The position numbers and the translations under genes are program-made. From Chiloscyllium plagiosum (taxonomy: Eukaryota), in assembly GCF_004010195.1 (NCBI RefSeq), contig NC_057751.1:2453286-2517285 (forward strand): a stretch of DNA of 64,000 nucleotides, written 5' to 3'. Below are positions 9,906 to 22,359 of the stretch, piece by piece. Under the pieces are notes generated by a model. That model searched no databases. It was not told the origin of the DNA and worked only from the letters and a program-made list of their open reading frames with translations. Every line of letters starts with the position of its first letter. The stretch's first letter is position 1.

Positions 9906-10829
9906 CAAAACCATTAAGAAAGGTCCGAGGAGGAGAAGAAAAACATGTCAAAGGCACTCTGAAGCACTCACTAAAGCACCACAACATTGACATGAATTTA
10001 TTCATTCTTCGGACATTATGCTTTCTGGCTATAAGGAACATAGTTGCAATTCGTCTAAATGGGACACACTTTGGTATCCAAAGAGCTTCACCATGTTTTG
10101 ATTCACATCATCTTAATAGTGAGGCAGAGGCCTGTGAATTGTGCCCACTGTCTTTTTTGCACCAAGTATGTTAGAGACTTCCATGTTAGGGTGAGATAAC
10201 TGAGTCATAACTGGCAATGTTTAGAAGAATTGACTGTCAAATTACTTGCCTTTACCCCATGAGATGGAAGGCAACCAAGCCGGTATTTCTCTCATTTAAC
10301 AACATCCTTAAAAAGATATGCAGGAATGTGATGTGATGTGATGGGATTGTGAAACTAGCAGTCACACAGACCATTTCTGCTTATTATGCAATACATTGTA
10401 AATGAATATGTACAGTTTGTCTCAATTAGAAATGGGATTTATTGTCAGAAAGAAATTTAAAAGCACTCATATTGAGATTCAGCAATACCTCGTATTTAAG
10501 CCATTAAAACAAATTGAATATTTTCGAAACAAAATGTAATCTCTTTTCATGTGTTGTTTTCATTCTAATGAAGAAGGGTCAAGAGTGTTGCATTTCATTA
10601 ATTGGATTCTTAGATTATGAGCAACAAATCTTTCCTTGTAGGATTGCAATGTTGTGGCAACTTATTCACTGAAACCATTAACATTTCAAATTTGACTCCT
10701 GCTAATTACAAGTAAATTTGCAAAAATAATTGCTGTGTGTACTCTGTAAAGAACATAGGAATGTGGCAAGCCATTCAGCCATTTTCATTCTATTCTGTTA
10801 GAAAATGGTGATAAAAATTAAATAAAAGA

Positions 10830-11960
10830 AATCACCTCCCCATGAAACAAGCTTGAATTGAAATTCCCAAAAGAAATTAGAAGAAAACTTCCCACAAATT
10901 GGCACTGAATATAATCACAGCTTTTACAAGAAGGTATGAGAAGAAATTAATCAAACATTCATGGGAAAAATTGTAACAGGATGTTATCATTAATTCCCAC
11001 AGTTCCATAGTGGTCAGTTTAACTAAAGTTTCAGATAACATTGTCCAATTCACATAAAGTCTCAGCCATCAATTTGCATCAGTTGAAGTATAGTTCAGAG
11101 TCAACGATGGGCATAGAAACCAAAATCACTTTGAGAAGCAGTGATGTTTAGTGCTGTGGGAGAGAAGTAATGAGGATGGTGCCGGAAGTGTTTTCAGGGA
11201 GACATTGCTGCCTCATTAGAGATTGGAGCATGTCGAATTTGAGGTGTGCAGAAGACATCATATTCATTGTCCAAAAGGATGAAAAGCCAGACAATGTTGG
11301 ACACCTAATCAAAAGATACAGTGAGTCTTTTGAACTGAACATCAGTTAGGCAAAGATCAATGTTCTGGCTCTGCATAACACTGCTGAAGTCAGATTTGAA
11401 TGAAAAGATACAAAGAGCAGTACACTACAAGAACAGGCACTTTGGTCCACCAATGCTGCACTGATACATGTTGCCTTTCCAAACTAAAAGACATGGTCAC
11501 TCACATAAGAAGCGTCATAAATTCCGAAAGTCTGAAGACAATGGCAACAAGCATTTAAAAAGTTGCAGCACAGTCACTGGCATGGCATTATTACATTCTC
11601 TGGCTGAGAGAGTCAGCCTCGAAAGGAAGAATATAAGAGGAGTTTTTGAAATGTGGGTGTAACAGAGGATTCTCAGATAAGCTGAATGGACAGAAAGGCA
11701 AATGATTGTTCATTTAGTCCAGGAATGATCAGGGTTGCGAGGTACAGCCAGGGAGAAAAGAACCAAATATGTTATTGGAAACAAAAATCCAACAAGCTTA
11801 TCTTTCCAACAATTAAAGGACAAATTGAGGATAAAACAGAAGAAAAAAAATCAGGTTGGTGGGTAATATTGAGAGGTGAACTGTGAGAGGCTTGAGGAAA
11901 GCCAGAGATGAAGAAAAGCAATGTCAATAGCCCCACACAACTGTAGTGAAAAAGCACAAA
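10830..11960 (+). mobile_element. RTE-clade LINE relic (RT and C-terminal region)
   Basis: Decayed motifs NLRCAEDIIFIV (cf. NLRFADDIVL), FELNIS*AKINVL and FEMWV*QRILR..DRKAN (cf. FEMWCYRRMLRISW). Confidence 0.6.
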
Positions 11961-12819
11961 TGAACCTGCAAGTCCAGATATTTATAATGAAGACCTGCCA
12001 TGTTTAGGTGATCTCAAGAACCTGTCACAAAAATCAGTGTAAAACTCTGTCACATAACTATGAGGTTCAGTCTCCACTTTCACATTAAAACATCTTGATG
12101 TATTTCCAAGAAAAGCATTTTTTTTAAAATGAGTTTGAATTACACAAAGCATAGTTTTAAGTAGGCTTAACCTGGCATGTAGGTTAATGACAGCCCCTTT
12201 TGTGCAGAAGGAAATGAACAGCAGCATTGAACAGCTCAGTAGTATGATGAAATGCTGATTTGTACTTTGTTAACTAATATGTCACTGTCTTCCTGCCTAG
12301 CATTCTTTCCCATGCTTCATCTTTATCTTCATCTGATAACTTTCCAAAATCATCTTCAAGTACATTTTCCTGATTGTTATTTGATTTTAAATATCAGAAA
12401 AAGACAAAATGTGAAGAATTTCTGATCATACTCTGTAACAAATAAAAGGTAAGTAAACACTACTGCTATATGGGATGACCTTCTAATTATTGGTTATCTC
12501 AGTTGCACCAACTCTTGTAACTGCAATGCCATTGAGAAACAGGCTTGTTACAGAGGAACAACGCTTTTGGCGAGACTTGACCTAACCAAGAGATTCTTGG
12601 AGAAGGAAATGCCTTCAAATCAGATTTAATCTTTAGTACGCAATTTGCACTGAATAAGCATCGTGTCAGTGTCAAATTGAAGTCATATTTGACTCTCATT
12701 ATATCTGTTTGTGCACTCTTATATGTTTGACTTGTGATCTGCCGAATGCAAACTCTGCCAATAGAAAATGCAAATATGTACACAATTGCAATTCAATAGG
12801 AAGGAGTCTCACTCTGGTT

Positions 12820-13178
12820 TGAAACATTATAAGACTGAGTCTCACTACAGAGATTTGAGATGAAATTTGAAGCACATCCGCAGAGAATATTGTTGTGGGA
12901 TGCTGCACTGTCATTGATGCTATCTTTCAGATGAGACAACATGCCAAGGTCATGTCTTAACTCTAAAGTGGGCATAAAAGATCCTATGGTGCTATTTAGA
13001 TGAATAGCAATTGAGTTCTCCCCTGTGTTCCAGCCAATGCTTAACCATTAACTAACAACACTCGTTAGAGTATCTGCTTATTACCACATTGCTGCCTGTG
13101 GGAGAATTGGGTGTTATATATTCACTTGAACGACGTTTGAAGTATACATGCATTTGGTGTGAAGCATTTTAGGATCCT
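12820..13178 (+). mobile_element. Deu-domain SINE (SacSINE1-like)
   Basis: gctgcactgtc..gatgctatctttcagatgagac...aaaagatcctatggtgctattt...gagttctcccctgtgttccagccaat...cacattgctg..tgtggga. Confidence 0.75.
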
Positions 13179-13179
13179 T

Positions 13180-13545
13180 TCATTCGTACATGGGATGTGG
13201 AAATCACTGGAAAGACCAGGACCTACTGCCTTTGAATGGAATAGATTTCTTGATCATGTTAAAGGGCATTTCAGAGGCATTAACATTTCTGTGAGTCTGG
13301 TGCCACATTTAGACCAGACCACCTAAAGATGGCAGCTTTCCATCTCGAAAGAACCAGATGTATTTATTGCAACAATTGCTGATAGTTGTCGCAGTTGCCA
13401 TTACTGAGTCTAACTTTACATTTTATATATCTGTGAATTGCATTTAAATTCTGCTCACTGCCATGAATGAGTTTTGAACCCAAACTCCTCAGTGCAGTCT
13501 CTTGTGTCTCTGAATTGCAAGTTCAATGACTTCACCACTCCACAA
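13180..13545 (-). mobile_element. tRNA-headed SINE family 'A'
   Basis: Reverse complement of the head and body, plus tail (tgggatgtggaaatcactgg...ccattactgag.ctaacttt...ttttgaaccc). Confidence 0.7.
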
Positions 13546-14184
13546 CTATCTTTTCCCATAAAATACATTGAATTGTTACTGCTGGCGAAGTATACTAACA
13601 GCTTGCTGAAACCACATCCCAAAACAAGTTTTTGCAATTGGAAACAAAGTGCAGTGAATGTAATAGTCCAATAGTATTCAGGAACTGAAATCAGAAAAGA
13701 TTAGGCAAGGAAGAGTGACTCAGAAGATGGAATCTTCCCTTAATAAATGGAACTCTGATCCAAATGACAACCACACCTTCTATTAAATGAATCATGGCCT
13801 CCCTGCACCATCTCTTTTCATTCCCAGTCCATCTCACTCAAGCTTGTGATGCCAATTATATCTAACTTGAAGCATCTGCACACAGGCTACCTGACAGAGA
13901 TGTCAACAGAGGTGATTAATGAGATTGATTTGAGTGAAAAGACAGAACAGGAGCTCAGGGATGTGTAGTAATCAGAGTAGGCAATGTAATGTCCACACGT
14001 CTCATGTTAGGCAAGGATGCCACACTCAGTGAAGAAGAATGCAATCAAAACATAAAGGAAAAAGATGCTTAGGTTATTTACTGAGACTGGTAACTCCAGG
14101 GGAGTGTTTGCAGCTCATATAATACATCTAAATCTTGCTGAGGAGGTAAGAAATTCTATCTTTTTGTTGCCATCTTGAATTCTT

Positions 14185-14512
14185 TAAAAAAGATTTCTTC
14201 ATGGGATGAGGGCATTGCTGCCGATCCCTCATCGTTCAGAGGGCAATTTAATAGTCAACTACATTTCTGTGGGTCTGGAGTCATATGTCAACTAGGGTGG
14301 CAGTTTCCTTTCCTTAAGGACAGTAGTGAACCAGATGGGTTTTTCCAACAATCAACAATGGATTCATGCTCCTTGTTAGACTCTTAATTCCAGATTTTTT
14401 TTATTGAATTCAAATTCCATCATCTGCAAGATGGGATTTGAACCCTGGTCCCCAGGCCATTTCCTCTGGATTAATGGTCTTGTGACAATATGAGTGAGCT
14501 GTTACCTCCCCT
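14185..14512 (-). mobile_element. tRNA-headed SINE family 'A'
   Basis: ttcagagggcaatttaatagtcaac...gggtctggagtcatatgt...tttcctttccttaaggaca..agtgaaccagatgggtttt...ttgaattcaaattccatcatctgc..gggatttgaaccc. Confidence 0.82.
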
Positions 14513-14759
14513 GTAATGATCATATGATTTATTGGCCTTTTGGAAAGGCCTGATACGCTCAACCTCCTTCCTGTATACATGGTTGCCTCCAGGTGATGTG
14601 TCTCAGTTGTGCATCAGCGTGTCGCACACTTGAAGCTGTGTCACAATTTTCCATGAGGAGCAATATCCAGAACTTAACCACAACACCAACATGGTGCTAC
14701 TTAGCCAGGGGTAAACAATCACTCAGCACTTTTCAAAAAATAGCCAGTGGAATTAACCC

Positions 14760-14940
14760 CAAGTTCTTATCCTAAGAATAACATCATGAGAAAACAGGTT
14801 ATTTGGTTTAATTGCTTTGCTGTTTGTTGGAGCTTGCAGTGCTCAAAAGTTTTTGTTGTGATGTTTTCCACATTCCAGACTTCAAAAAAATACTTCATGT
14901 AACACCTGAGATGTTCTGAGGTTACAAATGCAAGATGTTT
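14760..14940 (+). mobile_element. Deu-domain SINE 3' half
   Basis: aacaggttatttgg...ttgctgtttgttggagcttgc...acttcaaaaaaatacttcat...ctgaggttacaaatgcaag. Confidence 0.6.
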
Positions 14941-15084
14941 TGTTCTGCTTTTGGGCAACAAAGCATGTCAGATAATTAACATTCAGTTAAAAGATGTAGG
15001 CACAAGGGATTTACTCAACTGAAAATATAACTTAAAGCATTGGGTAAGCCATTTGTGACATTTCTGAAGTTTGCATTGCATATA

Positions 15085-15700
15085 GACAGGCTGGTTAAAA
15101 AGACGTTTGGCACACTTGCCTTCATTGTTCAGTCCTGTGAGTGTAGGAGTTAGGAAGTCATCTGTACAAGATATTGGTGAGGCCTTTATTAGAATATTGT
15201 GTCCACTTCTAGTCGTCCAGTCTTAGGAAGGATATTATCAATCTGGAGAGAGTTCAGAAGAGATTTACCAGGATGTTGCTGGGTATGGAAGATTTCTGTT
15301 ATTAATAAAGGCTGGATAGTCTGGGGCTTGGTTCACTGTCGCGTACGGGGTTGAAAGGCAACTGTATAGAAGTTTATAAAATAATGAGAGCTTTAGATAG
15401 GGTTAATAGTAGTTGTCTTTTCCTGAGGACGGAGGCTTTTTAAGGTGAACAGAGAAAGATTTAAAAAAAAACATGAGGCAAATTTTTTACACAGAGCGTG
15501 GTTCCTGTGTGAAATGAACTTCCTGACAAAGTGGTGGATACGGATACAATTACAATGTTTACAAGACATTAGGATAGATACATGGATAGGAAAGATTTGG
15601 AGGGATTTGGGCCAGGAGCAGGCACATGGAACTTGTTCAGTTTAAGATTATGTTCAGGATGGACTGGTTGAACCGAAGGGTCAGTTTCTGTGCTCTGTGG
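15085..15700 (+). mobile_element. CR1 LINE 3' end
   Basis: DRLVKKTFGTLAFI..., ggtgaggcc..agaatattgtgtcc, gagagagttcagaagagatttaccaggatg, 3'UTR gaaccgaagggtcagtttctgtgctct. Confidence 0.85.
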
Positions 15701-15965
15701 CACCTATAAAAGCAAAGGATTGCATATTAAGGAAATGTGAAATAAGAACAAAAATTATCTGATTGTTCCTTTTGAAAACTGCCTTTTTCTCACTCTCAGT
15801 GCATTCCAGATCCTAACCACTGACTGTAAAAAAATATTTTTTCCTCTTTTAGCCATTGTACTTTTGCTCATGACTCCATGTCCTCTGACCTGAAGATAGC
15901 ATTTTGTCTCAACCTACTCCATTAAAACCTCTTATGATTTTGACTATTCGTCAGGACATTTAAGA

Positions 15966-17155
15966 AGCTGTGATTTTCGGTGGAATAAAATAGAGGTCTG
16001 AATAACATGAGCTATGGTGAGAAATGTGATAGGATGCAAAGAGAAAGTCAGTGAGGTCTATACCAATGTCAGGAACAACTCACTGCATCTTATAATAAAG
16101 TTCTGCACATCGACACAAGATTGGTCGTACCGAGTGCCCATTAAGGGGATTTTTGATTGTTAATGACCTTATTAACTGCACAGCTCACCTCAGGAATATG
16201 CATCCTCTTATCCAAGCGATCTAGACACCAAAACTTCTCACCATCAAAATCAGAAGGGATACTTGGCAACTTCGGCTTGCTATTTGTTCAGAAGGACCTC
16301 CATGTTGGTCACCAGGCACCAAGGTCTCAATATGTTCGAAAGGCTCCAGCCACATGCACCCCATGTCCATGGGCACTATAATCTGACATCTGCCAGACTT
16401 GAAGAACCCTACTGGAGTATCTCTGAACATGCTTCTGAACTTGAATGGCACACCCTGGGGCACAATGGCAACAGTCATGATAATGCTGCAGCAAGGACAC
16501 TTTGCACTCAGGGACACATACCCAACTCATTGACTAGATCAGGTTGCATCTCCCTCTGTTTACTTCCTGCCTCAGCATTCACTTACTTTGAGCGTACCTC
16601 GATGCTCTCACCATTCCTTCTTTGCCTTGCTTTGCCTGTTTGCACTCTGCTCACAATACTTCTGCGTTGTCATGCCAATCAAGTCAAGCACGTTAAGATA
16701 GCCTTTGGTCACATTAAGTCAAGGTCAGCATCTGATTGCAGTCCACAGGCTGAGACATGGTCAATTAGATACCATTCCAAAGTACTTTATATACGATACT
16801 TATTCTGGAGAGTAGTCTCATTTCCATTAGGCAACAGTGCTAACGACTGAACCACCATACTGCCATATGACCCATCTCCCTTTCATTCAAATAGGAATAA
16901 ATCAAGAGAGGTTAGAAAGAATAAAGACGGGGATGTGCTGCTTCACATTCAGCTCCTCAACCCTCATTTAGAGTACTCTGATCGCCCCATTGATTGCAAA
17001 GAGAACTGTATTCAAGTGACAGGGGCATCATAGAGGTACAGTAGGTAGTTAATGAGGTGGGTCTGTTGAGACATGGTGAGAGATCTCACTAGATCTTGCA
17101 GTGAGAAATCTTCCTTTAATCTGACACTCACTCAAAAATAAATAAAATTCAGCCC
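15966..17155. mobile_element. Possible non-autonomous Harbinger-like DNA transposon relic
   Basis: Right end aaaattcagccc and left end agctgtgattttc resemble an imperfect terminal inverted repeat. Internal minus-strand 'LVTNMEVLL' resembles the Myb exon seen at ~44990-45040. Highly decayed. Confidence 0.3.
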
Positions 17156-17609
17156 GTTGTTTGCAGAAGATTTGGGTAGTTTCCTGAACTATTCAACCTC
17201 CAGTTTACACATAGCAAAAACAGCTGAATTGAGAATTGCTTTTTGTGCAAAAACTTCATGAAATGAGATGACACTACAGAATAATTATCATATACAAAGT
17301 ACTTTGGAATGGCTTTGACAGCATGATAAAGTACTGTATAAATACAAATTTTAATATTCTGATACTACTGCTGCAATTAACTGTGGTTTGACAGTGGTCC
17401 TTTAAAGTTAACATGATTGACTGAAGGGACATGCCTTTCATGCTTGGTTTAAATTAACATCTTTTTGACCACTGAGCCACACATCAGCTGGGGCACCAAA
17501 GATGGTCAAGTAAATTTCTCCCAGGTGTGCAGATGACTCAACTCTGAGCTGGGCCATGCAGGACGGTAGTTGAGTGTGCAGTAATTCCACAGCCCAACAA
17601 TCCCATTAG

Positions 17610-17995
17610 GTTCCAGGTTCAAGACCATTCAAGGGCTTGGACATAAAAATCAAGTCAGACCTTCCAGTGCAGTTCAAAGGTTGTACTTGATACTCAAAGG
17701 TGGATCTTTCAGATGAGATGTTAAAACGTGTTGCCGTCTGCCTGCAAAGACCCATGGCTACTATTTTTAAGAAGAGCAAGGGAATTCTGCCAAATATCCT
17801 TCCTGGCCAATGTGTCCTTCAAACAAAAACGTTGATCAACCAGGTCATGATCGCATTGCTATTTGTAGGAGTTTAACGTGGACCCATTAGTTGCTGCATT
17901 TCCAACATGACAACAGTGACTACATTAACTGACAAGTGCTTTGAGACATCAAGTGACCATGAAAAATTGGATAAAAATGCAAATCTTTCTTTTCT
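17610..17995 (+). mobile_element. Deu-domain SINE (SacSINE1-like), near full length
   Basis: ggttcaagacc box B, atctttcagatgagatgttaaa, aaagacccatggc.actattttaagaagagcaagggaattc, cattgctatttgtaggag, acaacagtgactaca, ataaaaatgcaaatctttcttt tail. Confidence 0.82.
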
Positions 17996-18189
17996 TTCTC
18001 TGAGAAGAAATGCTTATGAGGTGCACATGGTGGAAGATCATGAGTAAATGAGAATTGCGTGTTTGTGATTCCTGCTGATGCAGCAAATGTCAGCATGTCA
18101 TTTGCATTGTTCAATCAAGGGAAAGCAAATATTCCCCTACCATGAGCCCCACAACAGAATAATATGCAGTAATGTACCGAATAGTAGTA

Positions 18190-18400
18190 TTGAAACAAAA
18201 AGCACTAAGTGCTCAAATAGTCAGTAGATCTGGAAGCATCTGTGGGGAGCAAAATTCAGTTAACTTTTCGAGTCAAAAATGACTTCTGTTCTGAAGTCAT
18301 CACAATCATCTTGAAAATTGAACCCTGTTCTTCACATATACCACCAGATTTGCTGATTATTTCCAGTGCTTTCTGTTTTTGATTTAGTATCCAGCAAACA
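18190..18400. mobile_element. Old, degraded palindromic Penelope-terminus insertion
   Basis: aaacaaaaagcact..agtagatctggaagcatctgtgg...ttctgaag...gaaa...ccagatttgctga..tttccagtgctttctgttttt has the same inverted architecture as the 5137/42030 copies. Confidence 0.6.
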
Positions 18401-18919
18401 CTATATTTTATTTTACACTCGCTATTGAACCTGGTTCTCTCCTTCCAACAACCTTGACAAAATCCCTGGCATTGGGAGAAGCACTTGATTAAAACATGGG
18501 TGATAAAGAGCATTGTCAACCCTTCTGGATTAGCTTGGATCCCGAGAAGCTCATGGTTAATCTCCTGGAAACTGTTGCAAGCAAAAGCTGATAGAAAATT
18601 AAACAGCGTTGTCAACCCTTTAGGACAGAGCTTGGATCTCTTGGAATTGATGGTTAAGCTCCTGGAAATGCATGGAGCCAAAAACTGAGAGAAAATTCAT
18701 GAGGATGTTTTAAAACAGACCTGTTATCTTCCCATTTGCTTTGAAGAAGTTGATTATTTATAACTGTATTGGACATTTTATGTCGATGAACCTTTTTACT
18801 GGGGAATACCATTAGAGGTGGGAGGTCATGGGATGAAGCTTCCATGAATACATCTAACCAGACTTAATGTCACTACAGATGAAACAGATGTGATAATGAA
18901 ACTACTAAATGAATGATAG

Positions 18920-19270
18920 CTCACTTGGCCCAAACTGGTCCAGGTCAACTAAAATCTCCACCTGTGCTAACACCATTTCTCTGCACTTGACTCATATCTT
19001 TCTGAGCCTTTCCAACCCATGTATTTGTGCAAATACCTTTTAAATGTTGTTCATGTACCCACATCAACAACTTCTGTCAGCAGCTCATTTCATCTGCACA
19101 CCACCCTCTGTGTAAACAAGTTGCCCCCAGGTTCCCTTTTATTCTTTCCCCTCTAACCTTAAACTGATGCCCTCTTGACTGAGAAAAAGACTGAGTACAC
19201 TCACCCTGTCCATGCCTCTTATGATCTTACACACCTCAATAAACTCCCCCCTTAGTCTCCTTTGCTCTAA
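18920..19270 (-). mobile_element. CR1 LINE 3' end (continues at 20307)
   Basis: Reverse 3'UTR and ORF2 end. The sequence breaks at ...ctcctttgctctaa and resumes at 20307 aaagaaaaatgtcctggcttg. Confidence 0.8.
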
Positions 19271-19369
19271 TAAATGTTTTGGAGGGAGGTATGGATGTAA
19301 CATGTGCATGGAAAGTTCTTTATGCAGAGGAGGTCGGATTCGAGCTCCATGGTGTTGTGGGACTCCGTG

Positions 19370-20305
19370 GTGCAGATGACATGAAGATTGGTGAGTAGCA
19401 GATAGTGAAGGGGATTGTCAGAGAATACAGTAGAATAGAGATAGATTGGAGAGTTGGGCAGAGAAATTGCAGATGAAGTTCAATCCAGGCAAATGTGGGG
19501 TGATGCATTTTGGAAGATCCAATTCAAGAACGAACTGTGCAGTAAATGGAAAAATCCTGGGGAAAATTGATAGACGGAGAGGTCTGGGTATTCAGGCCCA
19601 TTGTTCTCTGAAGGTGGAAACAAAGGTCAATAGATTGGTCAAGAAGGCATACAACACGCTTTCCTTCATTGGACAGGGTATTGCGCACAAGAGATGACAG
19701 GTCATATTACAGTTGTATACAACTTTGGTTTGGCCACATTTGGAATACTGAGTACAGTTCTGGTCACCACATTACCAAAATGATGTGGATGCTTTGGAGA
19801 GGGTGCAGATGAGGTTCACCAGGATGTTGCCTGGTGTGGAGAATGCTAGCTATGAAGAGAGGTTGAGTAGATTAGGATTATTTTCATTAGAAAGATGGAG
19901 GTTGAGGGGGTACCTGATTGAGGTCTACAAAATCATGAGAGATATAGACAGGGTGGATAGCAAGGCACTTTTTCCCAGAATGGTGGACTCAATTATTCAG
20001 GGTCATGAGTTTAAGGTGAGAGGAGAAATGTTTTGGAGATGTGGGGGTAAAGTTCTTTACGGAGAGGTTGGTGGTTGCGTGGAACGTGTTGCCAGCGGAA
20101 GTGGTAGACATAGGCACAATAGCATCACTGAAGAGGTGGGCACGATAGCTTCATTTAAGATGTATCTAGAAAGATACATGAATGGACAGGGAGCAGAGGG
20201 ATACACACCCTTAGAAAATATGTGATAGGTATAGATAGAGGATCTGGATCAGTGCAGGCTTGGAGCGCCGAAGGGCCTGTTCCTGTGCTATAATTTTCTT
20301 TGTTC
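19370..20305 (+). mobile_element. CR1 LINE 3' part, nested in the opposite-strand CR1
   Basis: ADDMKIG, WAEKLQMKFNPGKCGVMHFGRSN, LERVQMRFTRMLPG, YEERLSRLGLFSLE, 3'UTR gccgaagggcctgttcctgtgct. Confidence 0.9.
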
Positions 20306-20306
20306 G

Positions 20307-21990
20307 AAAGAAAAATGTCCTGGCTTGTTCAATCTCTCCCTCTAACTCAGACTCTTGAGTCCTGGCAACATCCTTGTAAATTTCTTCTGCACTCTTTCCA
20401 GTTTAATAGCATCCTTCCTAAAGCAAGGTGACCAAAACTGGATACAATACTCCCAGTGGGGCCTCACCGATGTCCTGTATAGCTGGAAAATAACTTCCCA
20501 ACTTCTAAACTCAGTGCCCTGACTAATGAAGGCCAGTGTACCAAAAACCTTCTTCACTGCCCTGTCTACTGGTGACTCCACTTTCAGAGAACTGTGAACC
20601 TGAACTCTAAGTTCCCTCAGTTTCACTGCACTCTTTAAGGCTCTACCATTCACCATGAAACTCCTAGCTTGATTTGACTTTCTTCCAAACTGCAAGATCT
20701 CACACTTACCTGTATTAAACTCCATGTGCCATATCTCGACCCACAAAGTCTTGCTGCAATTTCTGATAACCTTCCTCAGTGTCCACAATACTGTTTGTTT
20801 CAATGTCATCTGCAAACTTACTAATCACGCCTTGTCCATTTTCATCCAAATCATTAATATAGATAACTAACAGCAATGAATCCACAGCACCAACCCCTGA
20901 GGCACTCCACTAGTCACAGGCCTCCAGTCCGACAATCATCCTTCCACTGTTACCCTCTGCTTCCTACCATCAAGCCAGTTTTATATCCAATTTGCCAGCT
21001 CCCTCTGGATTCCATGTGATCTAACATTCCAGAGAAGCCTAACGTGTGGAACCTTATCAAAGGCTTGACTGAAATCCATATCGACTACGTCTACCACTAT
21101 GCCCTCATCAAGCTTCCTGGTCACTTCATCAAAGAACTCTAACAAATTTGTGAGGCAAGATGTCCCATGCAAAAAGCCATGCTGACTGCTCCTCATCAAC
21201 CCCTGTCTTTCTAAATGCATGTATATCTTATTTCTCAGAATCTTCTCAAGTACATCCCTACTACAGATGTTTCCAGGTTTTTCTTTGCAGCCCTTCTTGA
21301 ATAAGGGCACAACATTCGCTCTCCTCCAGTCTTCCGGAACCTCACCCATGGCTCACGATAATGCAAAAATATTAGCCAGGGACCCTGCAATTTCTTCTCT
21401 AGCCTGTTGGAGTGTTCTTGGATATATCTGGTCAGGACCAGGAGATGTATCCACCTTCTTACATTCTAATACATCCAACACCTCCTCTACTTTGATATAG
21501 ATTGTCCCAAAGATATGATCATTATCCTCCTCAAGTTCCCAAGTCATCGTGTCTTTCTCCACGGCCAACATAGAGAAGAAATATTCATTGAGGACCTCGC
21601 CGATCTCCTGCTGTTCGACACATTCATGTCTGCTTTGGGCCATGAGGGGTCCTATTCTCTCTCTAGTTATTTTTTTCCTTTAATATACTTCAAGCACCTC
21701 TTTGGATTTGCTCTCATCTTGTCAGCCAAGGTTATCTCGTGACCCCTTTACGCCCTCCTGATTTCCTTCTTCAGTAAACTCCTGTATTTCCTGTTTACCT
21801 CCAGGGATTCCCTTGATCCCAGCTGCCTGGACCTGAGCCATGCCTCCTTTTTCTGGTCAAAGCCTTGCCTTCCAGGGCTCCCTATTCCTGCTAACCTTGC
21901 CCTTCATCCTCAAAGGAACAAATAGATCTTGAACTCCAGCTATCTAACTTTTAAAGGCTTCTCACTTGTTGGAGGCTCCTTTGCCTGCAA
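20307..21990 (-). mobile_element. CR1 LINE ORF2 (RT) fragment
   Basis: SPGPDQIYPRTL, GEVPEDWRRANVVPLFKKG, SQHGF..SCLTNLLEFF, DFSQAFDKVPH, FADDI, RPHWEYCIQFWSP, LERVQKKFTRMLPG. Confidence 0.93.
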
Positions 21991-22359
21991 GTCTGCTCCA
22001 CTATTTGATCATAGCTGATATGGTTCTCAACCCCATTCTCCTGCCTTCTCCTCATAACCCTTGATCCCCTGACAAATCAAGAACTCAGATTACAGATCTC
22101 CTGGTCCATGATAATACTATCTGTGTCACTAGTGTAGCTAACCCAAAGAGGCATTGGCACTGACAGCAGGGCCTTTGCATTGTGCCTAAATGAACCATCA
22201 GATATTTAAACATTGGGCAATTAGAGCACAGACGCACATCATGATATCTACAGAATATGATTGCACAACACAGATTAAGCTCAGAAATCACTGCTCTGGA
22301 TTGCAAGGTCACTGGACCCAAACTGTTGAGCTAAGATTCTGCCGTCTGGTCGCTGACTC

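Noticed and set aside
16263..16850. 195-aa ORF as a host gene
   Set aside because: It has a non-ATG start and no recognisable domain or splice structure, and it lies in a probable decayed DNA-transposon relic.
20105..20155. Short internal duplication (ggcacaatagcatca / ggcacgatagcttca) in CR1
   Set aside because: It is an ordinary slippage event within a dead element.
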